Shown here: positions 41,157 to 50,599 of the stretch, piece by piece
Position numbering within the stretch: position 1 is the stretch's first letter
Layout of the letters: every line of letters starts with the position of its first letter
Assembly (NCBI RefSeq): GCF_051466325.1
Contig: NZ_CP195792.1
Coordinates: 2,083,980-2,147,979 of the forward strand
DNA length: 64,000 nt
Direction: 5' to 3'
Source of the DNA: Planctomicrobium sp. SH664
GTDB taxonomy: Bacteria; Planctomycetota; Planctomycetia; Planctomycetales; Planctomycetaceae
The notes under the pieces: generated by a model
What the model saw: only the letters and a program-made list of their open reading frames with translations
Told to the model about the DNA's origin: nothing
Database searches by the model: none
Position numbers and translations under genes: made by a program

Positions 41157-41603
41157 ATGTCGGCAATCAGGATGCGCAAAGAAGACCTGCCGGAAGGGGA
41201 GGTGCTCTGCAGTTACTGCACGGCCAAATGCTGCCGGTATTTCGCCCTGCCGATCGACACTCCCGAAACCTATGAGGATTTCAGCCACCTGCGGTGGTAC
41301 ATGCTGCATGGTCGAGTGGCCCTGTTTGTGGAGAACGAAACCTGGTTTCTGATGGTCTACGCCGACTGCAAGCACCTGCGTTCGGACCACCTGTGCGGAA
41401 TCTACGAAGACCGCCCGCAGATCTGCCGGAGTTACTCGACCGACAATTGCGAGTATGATGACGATGCGGTCTACGACAAATATTTTGAAACCCCGGAACA
41501 GCTGTGGGAATACGCGCTCGCCATTCTGCCCATGCAGACCGAACGGCGATTCTCGACCAGGCCTGTCCCGGTGAAAGACGTCCGGTTGCCGGTCATTGCC
41601 TGA
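41157..41603 (+). CDS. YkgJ-family cysteine-cluster protein (UPF0153, putative Fe-S/Zn protein)
   Basis: CxxCxxxCC motif (CSYCTAKCC) plus a downstream CGxYEDRPxxC motif characteristic of the YkgJ family. Confidence 0.65.
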   Translation: MSAIRMRKEDLPEGEVLCSYCTAKCCRYFALPIDTPETYEDFSHLRWYMLHGRVALFVENETWFLMVYADCKHLRSDHLCGIYEDRPQICRSYSTDNCEYDDDAVYDKYFETPEQLWEYALAILPMQTERRFSTRPVPVKDVRLPVIA

Positions 41604-41693
41604 GACCGCACGCAGCGTCAGTGCGTGCCTGCCTCGGGTCCTCAATCCCATGAATCACTCTGGAGCTGACGCCCCGGTCGGCGGTGAAATCTC

Positions 41694-43019
41694 GTGTCTG
41701 AACTGATCAAAGCACAAACCCTTAAGGGCTTTCGTGACTATCTCCCCGAGGCGATGCTCGCGCGTGAGCATCTGATGGAGACGGCGCGGCGGGTCTATCG
41801 CAGCTATGGATTCAGCCCTATCGATACGCCCGCGCTGGAATATGCGGAAATCCTGCTGGGCAAGGGGAGCGATGAAACAGACAAGCAGCTGTTTCGCTTC
41901 ATTGATCAGGGGGATCGTGATGTCGCCATGCGGTTCGACCTGACGATTCCGTTTGCCCGCTTTGCCGCCCAGAACATCGGCGTCTTGGGGACTCCTTTTA
42001 AGCGCTATCACATCGGAACCGTGTGGCGCGCGGAGAAACCTCAGAAAGGACGCTACCGCGAATTCATGCAGTGCGATTTCGACAGCATCGGCACCGAGGC
42101 CAATGCGTCCGACATCGAAACGCTCATGGTGATTCACGACCTGATGGAGGCGCTCGGCTTTTCATCCTTCACGATTCGCGTCAATCACCGTCAACTGCTC
42201 AACGGCCTGCTGGAGAAACTCGGATTGGCGGAGAAGTCTGTCGGTGTCCTGCGGGCGCTCGACAAGCTGCCCAAGATCGGCCGCGCCAAGGTGACTGAAG
42301 AGCTGGTGACGCAGGTCGGAATCTCCTCCGAGAATGCCGAACAGGTCCTCAGTTTTGCCGGACTGAAAGGGACACCGCAGGATATCCTCGATCAGGTGGC
42401 TCCGCTGGTCGCGGGGAATGAACGGGGGGAGGATGGCATCGCCAAGTTGCGGGAGCTGTTCGACGTCTGCCGGACGGCGGGCCTTCCCGAAGAACGCATT
42501 GCGCTGGATGTCTCGATCGCCCGCGGACTCGATTATTACACCGGGACCATTTACGAAACGTTCCTCGGTGACCTGCCCGGAATCGGCAGCGTCTGTTCCG
42601 GGGGGCGTTACGACAATCTGGCGGGACTCTTCACCAAAGAAAAACTCCCGGGCGTCGGCGCCAGCCTCGGCCTCGATCGACTGTTGGCGGCGATGGAAGA
42701 ACTTGGGCTCGTTCAGCAACTCTCGACGTCCGCGCAGGTGCTGGTGACAATGTTCGACGAGTCAAGGCTGGCGGATTACATGCGTCTGGGGCGGACGTTG
42801 CGCCGCTCCGGTATCTCCACCGAGGTTTATCCGCTGGCTCGCAAACTGCAAAAACAACTGCAGTACGCCAATCGCAAGCGGTTTCGTGCAGCGGTGATTG
42901 CCGGGTCGAACGAGTTCGATCGCGGAGTTTGGACGGTGAAAGATCTGGAAACCGGAGAACAGCATGAAGTCTCTGATTCCGGTCTCGTGACGCTCCTGCA
43001 TACGATCCTCAGTCATTGA
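41694..43019 (+). CDS. hisS: Histidine--tRNA ligase
   Basis: Class II aminoacyl-tRNA synthetase motifs. GFRDYLP and the HisRS-specific region MRFDLTIPFARF are present. GTG start. Confidence 0.9.
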   Translation: MSELIKAQTLKGFRDYLPEAMLAREHLMETARRVYRSYGFSPIDTPALEYAEILLGKGSDETDKQLFRFIDQGDRDVAMRFDLTIPFARFAAQNIGVLGTPFKRYHIGTVWRAEKPQKGRYREFMQCDFDSIGTEANASDIETLMVIHDLMEALGFSSFTIRVNHRQLLNGLLEKLGLAEKSVGVLRALDKLPKIGRAKVTEELVTQVGISSENAEQVLSFAGLKGTPQDILDQVAPLVAGNERGEDGIAKLRELFDVCRTAGLPEERIALDVSIARGLDYYTGTIYETFLGDLPGIGSVCSGGRYDNLAGLFTKEKLPGVGASLGLDRLLAAMEELGLVQQLSTSAQVLVTMFDESRLADYMRLGRTLRRSGISTEVYPLARKLQKQLQYANRKRFRAAVIAGSNEFDRGVWTVKDLETGEQHEVSDSGLVTLLHTILSH

Positions 43020-43031
43020 TCCACTCAGAAT

Positions 43032-43478
43032 TTGAGTCACAAGCAGCCCGCCGCTGGTCTGTGGAGAAATCGGAAACGGACGATGTGGGCGATTCATCGA
43101 ATTCGACTGCAGGGACCGTGGGAGGTGACTCCTCCCGGGGCAGCTTCCGACCATTGGGAAACGCTGCAGATTCCCGCCACGTGGGAAGAGGCGTTCGGGG
43201 AGCGGCGCGGACCCGTGACATTTCGCCGTCGCTTCAATGCACCCACCGGACTGGAAGACGGTGATCGGCTTTTTATCCGTCTGCCGGAAGATTGTGGCTC
43301 CGTGCAGCGGCTGTCGCTGAATGAGGAGGAGCGATCTGCCGGAGCAGAGGAACTCTGGCAGTTCGACGTGACCGAGGCAATTCGTCCGTTCAACCTGTTG
43401 CAGTTCACTCTGGCAGGAGAAAGCGATGCCCGGGGTCTCTGGGCTCCGGTCCAGCTGGAGATTCATACAAGGAAATGA
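43032..43478 (+). CDS. Hypothetical protein
   Basis: 148-aa ORF immediately downstream of hisS. No recognisable domain. The start may be the internal M of MWAIH. Confidence 0.35.
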   Translation: MSHKQPAAGLWRNRKRTMWAIHRIRLQGPWEVTPPGAASDHWETLQIPATWEEAFGERRGPVTFRRRFNAPTGLEDGDRLFIRLPEDCGSVQRLSLNEEERSAGAEELWQFDVTEAIRPFNLLQFTLAGESDARGLWAPVQLEIHTRK

Positions 43479-43733
43479 GACGGCCGCGATGGCCTCGTCT
43501 CTCCGTTCATCTGGACGTGTCGTCTGTGAGGAAGTTAAGGTGCATCCTGCGGCAGCGCATTGCTCCAAAGTATAACCGGAGGACCGGAGGATCTTCCGCC
43601 CCTCTGAATTCCAGAGCGACAAAATCGGATCGAGATTTAAGATGACCAACCGCGGCGCGGACCTCAACTTTCCCGGAAAGCGGGGCCCCTGCTCCGCGGG
43701 CACTGGAAAGAGCAACCTGCTCTCATAGAGATT

Positions 43734-44096
43734 ATGTCCGAGCTCCCTCCCATCACTCACAAGCGCAGGTCCAAATGGACCCCTTGGCTCATGCTGTTTG
43801 CAGGGCCGGTGCTGTTGGCAGTCCAGATCGTTTCCACTGAAGTGATCAGCCCTTGGGCTTGCACCGAGGGGCAGTTCTGGGTGATCGATGCGATTACAAG
43901 TGGATGTTTGCTGATCACCGGATTTCTGACCTGCCTTGGGTTCTGGCCCGGGGGAGCCGGGGAAGAAACAACCGATCGTCCCGTGCCCAAGCCGGACCGC
44001 TTCTGGCTGGCGGCAGGGGTTGTGAACTTCCTCTCCTCCGTGTTGATCATTATCAAGTGGATGGCAATGATTCTCGACAATCCCTGCTGGCGGTGA
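43734..44096 (+). CDS. Small hypothetical membrane protein
   Basis: 120 aa with three predicted transmembrane helices. No homolog recognised. Confidence 0.35.
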   Translation: MSELPPITHKRRSKWTPWLMLFAGPVLLAVQIVSTEVISPWACTEGQFWVIDAITSGCLLITGFLTCLGFWPGGAGEETTDRPVPKPDRFWLAAGVVNFLSSVLIIIKWMAMILDNPCWR

Positions 44097-44200
44097 ACCT
44101 GCGGGGAACGTGCGCTGTCGTCTTTCTTGCACACCGATTCGCCCGACTGACGGGTTCGCGGCTTTTCTCTCGACACAGAATCGGGAATGGAACGGCTGAG

Positions 44201-44656
44201 TTGAAAACTCCCGGGGAATGCACACTGACGACGCATCTGGAAATCAATGAGCAGCTTTCGGTTCCGCTGGAGGAACTGAGCTTCGCGTACGTCCGCAGTT
44301 CCGGTCCCGGGGGGCAAAACGTCAACAAAGTGAATTCCCAGGTGCAGCTGAGCTGGAATGTCTCGACGACAACAGCCCTCCCGGCAGATGTTCATGAGCG
44401 GCTGAAGTCGGCTGAGAAGGGCCGGATCTCCAAGGCTGGGATCCTCAGAATCGATTGCCAGACGTCTCGCGATCGGGAGAAGAATCGTGCGGAATGTCTC
44501 GACCGGTTGAAGACGATGATCATGGCGGTCGCGAAACCTCCGAAGAAGCGCCGAAAAACCCGTGCGACCAAGGCGTCGCGAGAACGGCGGCTGCAATCCA
44601 AACAGCAGCGGGGTGACCTCAAACGTTCACGACGCAGCCCTCGTCAGGACGATTAA
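44201..44656 (+). CDS. arfB: Peptidyl-tRNA hydrolase ArfB (alternative ribosome-rescue factor B; YaeJ family)
   Basis: GGQ motif in context (FAYVRSSGPGGQNVNKVNSQVQLSW) and a basic C-terminal tail KKRRKTRATKASRERRLQSKQQR. It lies inside the longer ORF 43853..44656. A TTG start is inferred about 28 aa before the GGQ motif. Confidence 0.7.
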   Translation: MKTPGECTLTTHLEINEQLSVPLEELSFAYVRSSGPGGQNVNKVNSQVQLSWNVSTTTALPADVHERLKSAEKGRISKAGILRIDCQTSRDREKNRAECLDRLKTMIMAVAKPPKKRRKTRATKASRERRLQSKQQRGDLKRSRRSPRQDD

Positions 44657-44795
44657 AGCAGGTTGCTTCTTCCTGAGCCCGCGCCGCAAGCGCTTCGTGT
44701 GATCAGCTACTCATCTCCCCCTCGCGAGAGCGGGGCCATCAACAGCGAATCTGTTCTCACACCTCGCTGCAGCCGGACGAGTGGCCCCCACTGCT

Positions 44796-45710
44796 TCACA
44801 CGAGCAGGCTTTCCAGATACGTGCGCGAGCTCAGGATCAGGTCCGTCGACTGCTGCGTGTTTTCCATGATGGGAATTCCGCGGGGCACGGGATGCATGAA
44901 GATCTGGGTCCACCCGTTGAACTCAATGCTCTGCAGCGCCGAGAGCAACGGCCGGAAATCGAGCGTGCCCCGTCCGGGAAGCTGCTTCAGCTCCTGCTCT
45001 TTCGGTAACTTCTGGCTGCAACCATCTCCATGCTCCCAGGCGTAGAAGTGGACCAGCTTCGGTCCCAGATCACGGATTAAAGTGGCGATCAACTCGGGGT
45101 CCTGCGGCAGATGATAGGGGGCGAAAGCGATTCCCAGTCCGGGTGACTTGGAGAACTCTGCCAGATAGCGGAGTGAATCAGGACTCTCGATCAATGCGTT
45201 TCCATGATTCTCAATGGCGATGGTGACGCCGTGGTCTTCCGCGAATTTCACATGCTCATCAAGTTTCTTGACAAAGTTCTGCACCTGTTCCCGCAGCGTG
45301 GCCCCTTCTGCCGGCTTTGAACCGCAAACGATCATTTTGCCGCCGAACCGGTTCAGAAACAGCACTTCCTCCTGAAGTTTGAATGGCCCCAGATCATACC
45401 GGGTGGTCATGCCGAGCCGGGTGCCATACTGATCCAGCAATTCCCGCAGCTTTTCCTCACCCATCTGCGCCGCTTGTTCGCGTTGATTGCCGTGACGCTT
45501 CGGCCAGAGATCGATTGAATCGGCCCCGATTTTGACTACCTCGGGGAGCACCTCGGCCAGCGGGGCCATACCGTAGATGCTGGAAGCCAGACTGTAGTTG
45601 AGCGTGAAGCCGGAACGACTCTTTCCGTCCGCATGAGTCAGTGGGCCGCCGAACGTGGCAGCAGCAGCCCCGGTAACCAGTGTTTGACAGGCTTGTCGAC
45701 GGGTGAGCAT
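44796..45710 (-). CDS. Sugar-phosphate isomerase/epimerase (xylose-isomerase-like TIM barrel), TAT-exported
   Basis: Twin-arginine signal MLTRRQACQTLVTGAAAA followed by the AP_endonuc_2 / xylose-isomerase-like TIM-barrel fold (IENHGN..., HFYAWEHGDG). Confidence 0.8.
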   Translation of the reverse strand: MLTRRQACQTLVTGAAAATFGGPLTHADGKSRSGFTLNYSLASSIYGMAPLAEVLPEVVKIGADSIDLWPKRHGNQREQAAQMGEEKLRELLDQYGTRLGMTTRYDLGPFKLQEEVLFLNRFGGKMIVCGSKPAEGATLREQVQNFVKKLDEHVKFAEDHGVTIAIENHGNALIESPDSLRYLAEFSKSPGLGIAFAPYHLPQDPELIATLIRDLGPKLVHFYAWEHGDGCSQKLPKEQELKQLPGRGTLDFRPLLSALQSIEFNGWTQIFMHPVPRGIPIMENTQQSTDLILSSRTYLESLLV

Positions 45711-45783
45711 GCGATGGGACCGCCATGAGCAAGGAGGGAATCGATCGATGAACAGGCAGAATAGGGTGGGCCAGTTCAAGTCG

Positions 45784-47139
45784 TCATTCCGCAATTCCTT
45801 CTTTCCCTTCCGGATTCTTGTCTCCACGCGCACTGCCGCGATACGAGCCGGGGGTCAGTCCGACCGAAGACTTGAAGCGTTCGCAAAGGAGTTGGGCCGA
45901 ACCGAATCCGGTCCGACGAGCGATGCTGTCGAGATTCCAGTCGGTCTCACGCAACAGGATTTTCGCCCGCTCGATCTTGATATGGTTGATTTCCGCCTGT
46001 GGGGACCGCCCGAGCAGTCCGCGGACTTTTCGCTCAAGTGAACTCCGGGACATCGGCACTTGCTGCAGCACATCCTGGACGGAGATCCCCGCGCAGGCCT
46101 GCTGGCGGATAAAGTACAGCGCTTTGGCCAGTTCCCGATCCTCGATGGCCAGAATATCGGAACTCGGACGGACCGTGATCCCCAACGGTGGGACCAGTAG
46201 GTGTTCGCTGGGAGGGACGCCACCTGACATCATCGATTCCAGCAGTTCCGCCGCCTGAAATCCGATCCGTTCCGCATTAAACCGGACGCTCGACATGGGA
46301 GGAATCGAAACCTCACAGAGAGTTTCATCGTCTTCGACGCCGACGACCGCAACTTCCTCCGGCACTGAGATCCCCGCGCGACGACAGGCATCGAGCAGCC
46401 AGAATCCAAGCTGATCTGTGCAGGCCATCACGCCTACCGGCTTGGGCAGCGAGTGCAACCAGTCGACGAGATCTTCCTGATGCCGTTCCCAGTCGGTCGG
46501 ACATTCCCGATGCCCGGGAGCCTGATGTCGGCTGACCGTAAAACCGGCGACTTCGATCGCTTGGTGAAAGCTGGCCCGTCGCTGTTCGAAGTAGATCTCG
46601 GTATTGATGTCGTAGAAAGCAAAATTCCGGAATCCCCGTTCCAGCAGGTGCTCTGCCACCATCCGGCCGACAGCCGCATTGTCGACGCCGATGAATGGGA
46701 AATCATGTTTCAGACGCGTTGCCCGCAACTCCACTGTTGGAACGCCGACTTCGCCCAGTAAGTCGGCGGTTTTCTGGCTTCCCGTCCGTGTCAGAATTCC
46801 TTCACCTCGCCACGTCTGCAGCCACGCGGGGACATCAGACTCCAAGGCACGGAGTTCGAGAAACACCGACCAGGGACCATGCAGCGTGAGATAGCGCCGT
46901 ACCCCCAGCAGCAGTCCCCGGCCGTAAGAACGCGAGGTCTCGATCAGAATTGCCACGTGAGGAATATGACGGCGCCCTGGAACCACGTCCGCACCCTGAT
47001 CAGAGAAATAACAAGAATCGATCGGCCAGTGGCAGCAGCCTCGTCGGTGAAACTCCGGCAGATTGAGTCGCCGTCGTGCTGGTGCGGGAACGAGACCAAA
47101 CGACCTCTGTGGTTTGCTCCGCGCACGAACAACCATCAA
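45784..47139 (-). CDS. XylR-like transcriptional regulator (periplasmic-binding-protein-like sugar sensor domain plus AraC-type HTH)
   Basis: LacI/PBP1-like N-terminal domain and C-terminal AraC HTH (ISVQDVLQQVPMSRSSLERKVRGLLGRSPQAEINHIKIERAKILLRETDWNLDSIARRTGFGS). The exact start is uncertain. Confidence 0.75.
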   Translation of the reverse strand: MMVVRARSKPQRSFGLVPAPARRRLNLPEFHRRGCCHWPIDSCYFSDQGADVVPGRRHIPHVAILIETSRSYGRGLLLGVRRYLTLHGPWSVFLELRALESDVPAWLQTWRGEGILTRTGSQKTADLLGEVGVPTVELRATRLKHDFPFIGVDNAAVGRMVAEHLLERGFRNFAFYDINTEIYFEQRRASFHQAIEVAGFTVSRHQAPGHRECPTDWERHQEDLVDWLHSLPKPVGVMACTDQLGFWLLDACRRAGISVPEEVAVVGVEDDETLCEVSIPPMSSVRFNAERIGFQAAELLESMMSGGVPPSEHLLVPPLGITVRPSSDILAIEDRELAKALYFIRQQACAGISVQDVLQQVPMSRSSLERKVRGLLGRSPQAEINHIKIERAKILLRETDWNLDSIARRTGFGSAQLLCERFKSSVGLTPGSYRGSARGDKNPEGKEGIAE

Positions 47140-47574
47140 GGATCAACACATATCAGTCTGTCGATGGAACTGCAATTCTCTGCGAAGTGATCGGACTCAA
47201 TATTTGACAGGCGTCCCTTCCCGAAAATGTCTTCGGCGACGACGTCCTTTGAGTCCTCGGATTTGAAGTCGCTCGTGTGCCCGAGGCCGCAAACGCAAAC
47301 AAAGCGAGAGTGCCGACGGAGGCTCAGGCTGCGTGACCATGCAGAACCAGCAAGGATCGGCGAGCCTGACAACAACGCTGAATCGATTTACGCAGAATCG
47401 GAATGCACCTGTTCATTGAACGGGTAAAACATATCAAGGTGAAAGCACACTTTGAACCGATCTCCTGTCTCAGAGGAACATTCTGCACGGGAGGAGTTCT
47501 GCGGGATTCTCGCAGATTCCTCCGGCTGTGGACCGTTCGTTTGCGTTATTGCACTCACACCGGCGGAGTAACCG

Positions 47575-48000
47575 ATGCAGGCACGATGTTGGAGTTTCGG
47601 ACTGCTGGGCCTGCTGGTCGGTCTGGTGGGGTGTGGCAATCAGGGACCACCTTTGGCAGACGTGACCGGAGTTGTCACTTATCAGGAGCAGCCACTGGTC
47701 GGAGCCGCGGTCGTCTTCAGTCCGAAGTCAGACCAGATCGATGCCGGGAATTCCTGGGGCATCACCGACGCCAATGGCCGGTACACTCTCAAGTTCGGAA
47801 GATCACGAGATGGCGCCTGGATCGGGGACCACGTCGTGGTGATTGAGCATCCGACTCGGTCCAACTATGACCTCGCTGCGGTCGTCCGCGAGTCCGGGAA
47901 CGAAATCAACTTCGTGCTCGAACCTCCCAAACGAGGCGAGGTTCGCGGTTCGAAAGAAATGCGAGACTCGGCCGCAGACGTTCCCATTACTGCTCCTTGA
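47575..48000 (+). CDS. Lipoprotein with carboxypeptidase-regulatory-like (Cpr) domain; paralog of the 21216..21743 product
   Basis: Lipobox LVGLVGC followed by DVTGVVTYQEQPLVGAAVVFSPK...ITDANGRYTLKF, the same motif pattern as the other Cpr-like lipoprotein. Confidence 0.6.
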   Translation: MQARCWSFGLLGLLVGLVGCGNQGPPLADVTGVVTYQEQPLVGAAVVFSPKSDQIDAGNSWGITDANGRYTLKFGRSRDGAWIGDHVVVIEHPTRSNYDLAAVVRESGNEINFVLEPPKRGEVRGSKEMRDSAADVPITAP

Positions 48001-48048
48001 ACCCCTTACAGCGACTCAGTTCCAGCGAACTCCGGAGACACCGCTCTC

Positions 48049-48636
48049 ATGAATCAGGTTCTTATTATCATTGGTGATGCATCGGAGACGTTGGACACCC
48101 TGTACCCCTATTACCGGTTGCAGGAAGAGGGCTTCGAGCCTGTCGTCGCCGCACCGGAGCGTCGCCCTTATCAGATGGTGATGCATGAGGTTCGTCCGGG
48201 GTGGACCATTACCAAGGAATGGGAAGGGTATACACTCGAGGCGAAGATCGCTTTCAGGGAGATCAATCCCGATAACTACGACGGCATTTTCTTCAGCGGA
48301 GGACGGGCACCTGAATATATTCGTGATGACCCGGATCTGATTCGAATTACCAGACACTTCTTTGACTTCAACAAGCCGATTGCCTCGGTCTGTCACGGTG
48401 TGGAAATTCCCGCCCGGGCCGGTTGCGTCAAAGGGCGGCGGATGACAACGGTCAAGAAGTGCCGCTTCGACCTGGAAGTCTGCGGCGGGATTTACGTGGA
48501 CGAACCGTGTGTGGTCGACGGTAACCTCGTCTCCGGAAGAACCTATCACGACAACGGCGTTTATCTTCGGCCCTGGATCAATCTGCTGCTGGCCGCGCGG
48601 GCACTTCGGCTGGAAGGTCGTCGAACCGCGAGTTAG
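48049..48636 (+). CDS. DJ-1/PfpI family protein (class I glutamine amidotransferase-like)
   Basis: Nucleophile-elbow cysteine in the IASVCHG motif, with DJ-1/PfpI fold length and spacing. Confidence 0.85.
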   Translation: MNQVLIIIGDASETLDTLYPYYRLQEEGFEPVVAAPERRPYQMVMHEVRPGWTITKEWEGYTLEAKIAFREINPDNYDGIFFSGGRAPEYIRDDPDLIRITRHFFDFNKPIASVCHGVEIPARAGCVKGRRMTTVKKCRFDLEVCGGIYVDEPCVVDGNLVSGRTYHDNGVYLRPWINLLLAARALRLEGRRTAS

Positions 48637-49107
48637 TGCATTTTGACGATTAAACAAGCGGTATTCGCCACGCAGGCATGTGCCTTTGACCAGCGGGGAT
48701 GCGCGCTGCGTGGTCAGGACAAGCAGCAAACTCCACTGACGTCTGTTCAGGGGAAACGCGACGGCGTTTGAGGGATCAGCCTTGATTGCATTGCAGGTTT
48801 TCCGCCGCCACACCGTCGGAAGTCTTTGAGATTCAATCGGGATCCGGCTGTCCGGCTCCTGTTTCCAGCCAGTTCGACTTCATAGCAACGTCAACCTGAA
48901 CCGGCCCGGCGGGATTCCATTTCGCAGGCTGGCAGCAGCGACCGTCAGCGGGACGGGATCTCACCTGTTCCGCTCAGATGGACCTGTTCGATGAACTGCG
49001 ACGAACGCCGCTCGATGGCGGCTCGACGCGTTTCCCTCCTCACTGAACCGACTCGCTTCATCACGACTGCAGCAATTGTCTGCAACCAGAAACCGGGAGA
49101 ACACGTT

Positions 49108-50433
49108 ATGAGTTCCATTCAGGCCAACCGTCGGCAATTTCTGGCTGCCTCCGCGACTGCGGCTGCCGCGATGCTTCCGATCCCCTACACCTTCACCGCA
49201 AATGCCGCGGAGAAGACCCTGCCTCGATCTGCGAATGACCGGTTTCGCATTGGCGCGATCGGCATGAAATATCAGGGATCGGTCATCACCGAGAAAGCGC
49301 AGGCCCACGGCGATATCGTCGCGATTTGCGATGTGGACAGTCAGATTGCGGAGAAAGCCAAAGCCCAGTTTGGGGGAAAGGCTGACCTTTACGAGAACTA
49401 TCATGATCTGCTGGCCCGACCCGATATCGATGTCGTCATGATCGGGACCCCCGACCATTGGCATACTCCGATGGTGATCGACGCCTGCCGGGCCGGCAAA
49501 GACGTCTACTGCGAAAAGCCTCTCACGCTGACGATCGATGAGGGGAAGCGGATGAAGCACGCCATTCAGGAAACGGGCCGGGTGCTCCAGGTCGGTTCCT
49601 GGCAGCGGAGTGATCATCGTTTCCGGATGGCCTGCGAGCTCGTTCGCGCCGGCCGGATTGGTCAGGTCCGCCGGGTCAGTGTCGTTCTGGGGAAGAACAA
49701 GACCGGTGGTCCGTTTCAGCCGCAGCAGCCTCCCGCACATCTGAACTGGAATCTCTGGCAGGGGCAGACACCGGATACTCCTTACATTCCGGAACGCAGC
49801 CACTACACCTTCCGCTGGTGGTATGAGTATTCCGGGGGGCAGATGACCGACTGGGGAGCCCATCACGTCGACATCGCACTGTGGGGGATCGGCATGGATC
49901 GCTCCGGGCCGGTCCAGATTCAGGGGACCGCCGAGTTTCCGGATGTCACGAACGGCTACAACGTCGCGACCCGCTTCTCCGTCCGTTATCTGTTCGAGAA
50001 TGGGATCGAAATGACCGTCCTCGACTCCGGTCGCAATGGAGTTCTCTTTGAAGGGGATGGGGGGCGGATCTTCGTGAACCGCGAGAACCTGTCAGGCAGG
50101 CCGGTCGAAGACCTCGTCAAACAGCCTTTCGGCAACGAGGACTTTGCACTCTACCCGAATGACAATCATGACCGGCCGGACCGGGTGGGGAAGCTCGATG
50201 CCATTATCAACCACATGGGGAATTTCTTTGACTGCGTGCAGTCGCGGAAGACACCGATTTCCGATGTGGAGAGCCAGCACCGCAGCGTCTCGGCCTGTCA
50301 TCTCGCAAACATCTCGATGCGGCTGAAACGGCCTCTGAAATGGGCTCCTGACACGGAGACGTTCGTGCAGGACGATGAAGCCAATACCTGGTTGTCCCGT
50401 GAACAGCGGAAGGGATTCGAGATTCCCAGTTAG
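49108..50433 (+). CDS. Gfo/Idh/MocA family NAD(P)-dependent oxidoreductase, TAT-exported
   Basis: TAT signal NRRQFLAASATAAAAMLP. Rossmann N-terminus FRIGAIGMKY...VDVVMIGTPDHWH and the GFO_IDH_MocA C-terminal domain. The start was moved to the internal ATG. Confidence 0.85.
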   Translation: MSSIQANRRQFLAASATAAAAMLPIPYTFTANAAEKTLPRSANDRFRIGAIGMKYQGSVITEKAQAHGDIVAICDVDSQIAEKAKAQFGGKADLYENYHDLLARPDIDVVMIGTPDHWHTPMVIDACRAGKDVYCEKPLTLTIDEGKRMKHAIQETGRVLQVGSWQRSDHRFRMACELVRAGRIGQVRRVSVVLGKNKTGGPFQPQQPPAHLNWNLWQGQTPDTPYIPERSHYTFRWWYEYSGGQMTDWGAHHVDIALWGIGMDRSGPVQIQGTAEFPDVTNGYNVATRFSVRYLFENGIEMTVLDSGRNGVLFEGDGGRIFVNRENLSGRPVEDLVKQPFGNEDFALYPNDNHDRPDRVGKLDAIINHMGNFFDCVQSRKTPISDVESQHRSVSACHLANISMRLKRPLKWAPDTETFVQDDEANTWLSREQRKGFEIPS

Positions 50434-50599
50434 AGCCATGAGAGCTGATGGATGCGCGGGAACGGGGAGTCGCAACCTGCTCGGACCGACCGCGCATAAA
50501 AAAACTCCTCCTCCACAGGGGAAGAGGAGTTTCTGGCGATCCGCACCATGCGCACTCGGTGCTTTCCGCTCCCCGATTCGATCGACATCAACAGTGTCT

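Noticed and set aside
42762-44225. 487-aa minus-strand ORF
   Set aside because: It spans the hisS 3' end, two small plus-strand genes and the arfB start. Its translation is low-complexity with no motifs.
43757-44596. 279-aa minus-strand ORF
   Set aside because: It is antisense to arfB, whose GGQ motif and basic tail are diagnostic.
48016-49866. Two long minus-strand ORFs (48016-48813 and 48961-49866)
   Set aside because: They are antisense to the DJ-1/PfpI and Gfo/Idh/MocA genes, both of which have clear family signatures.
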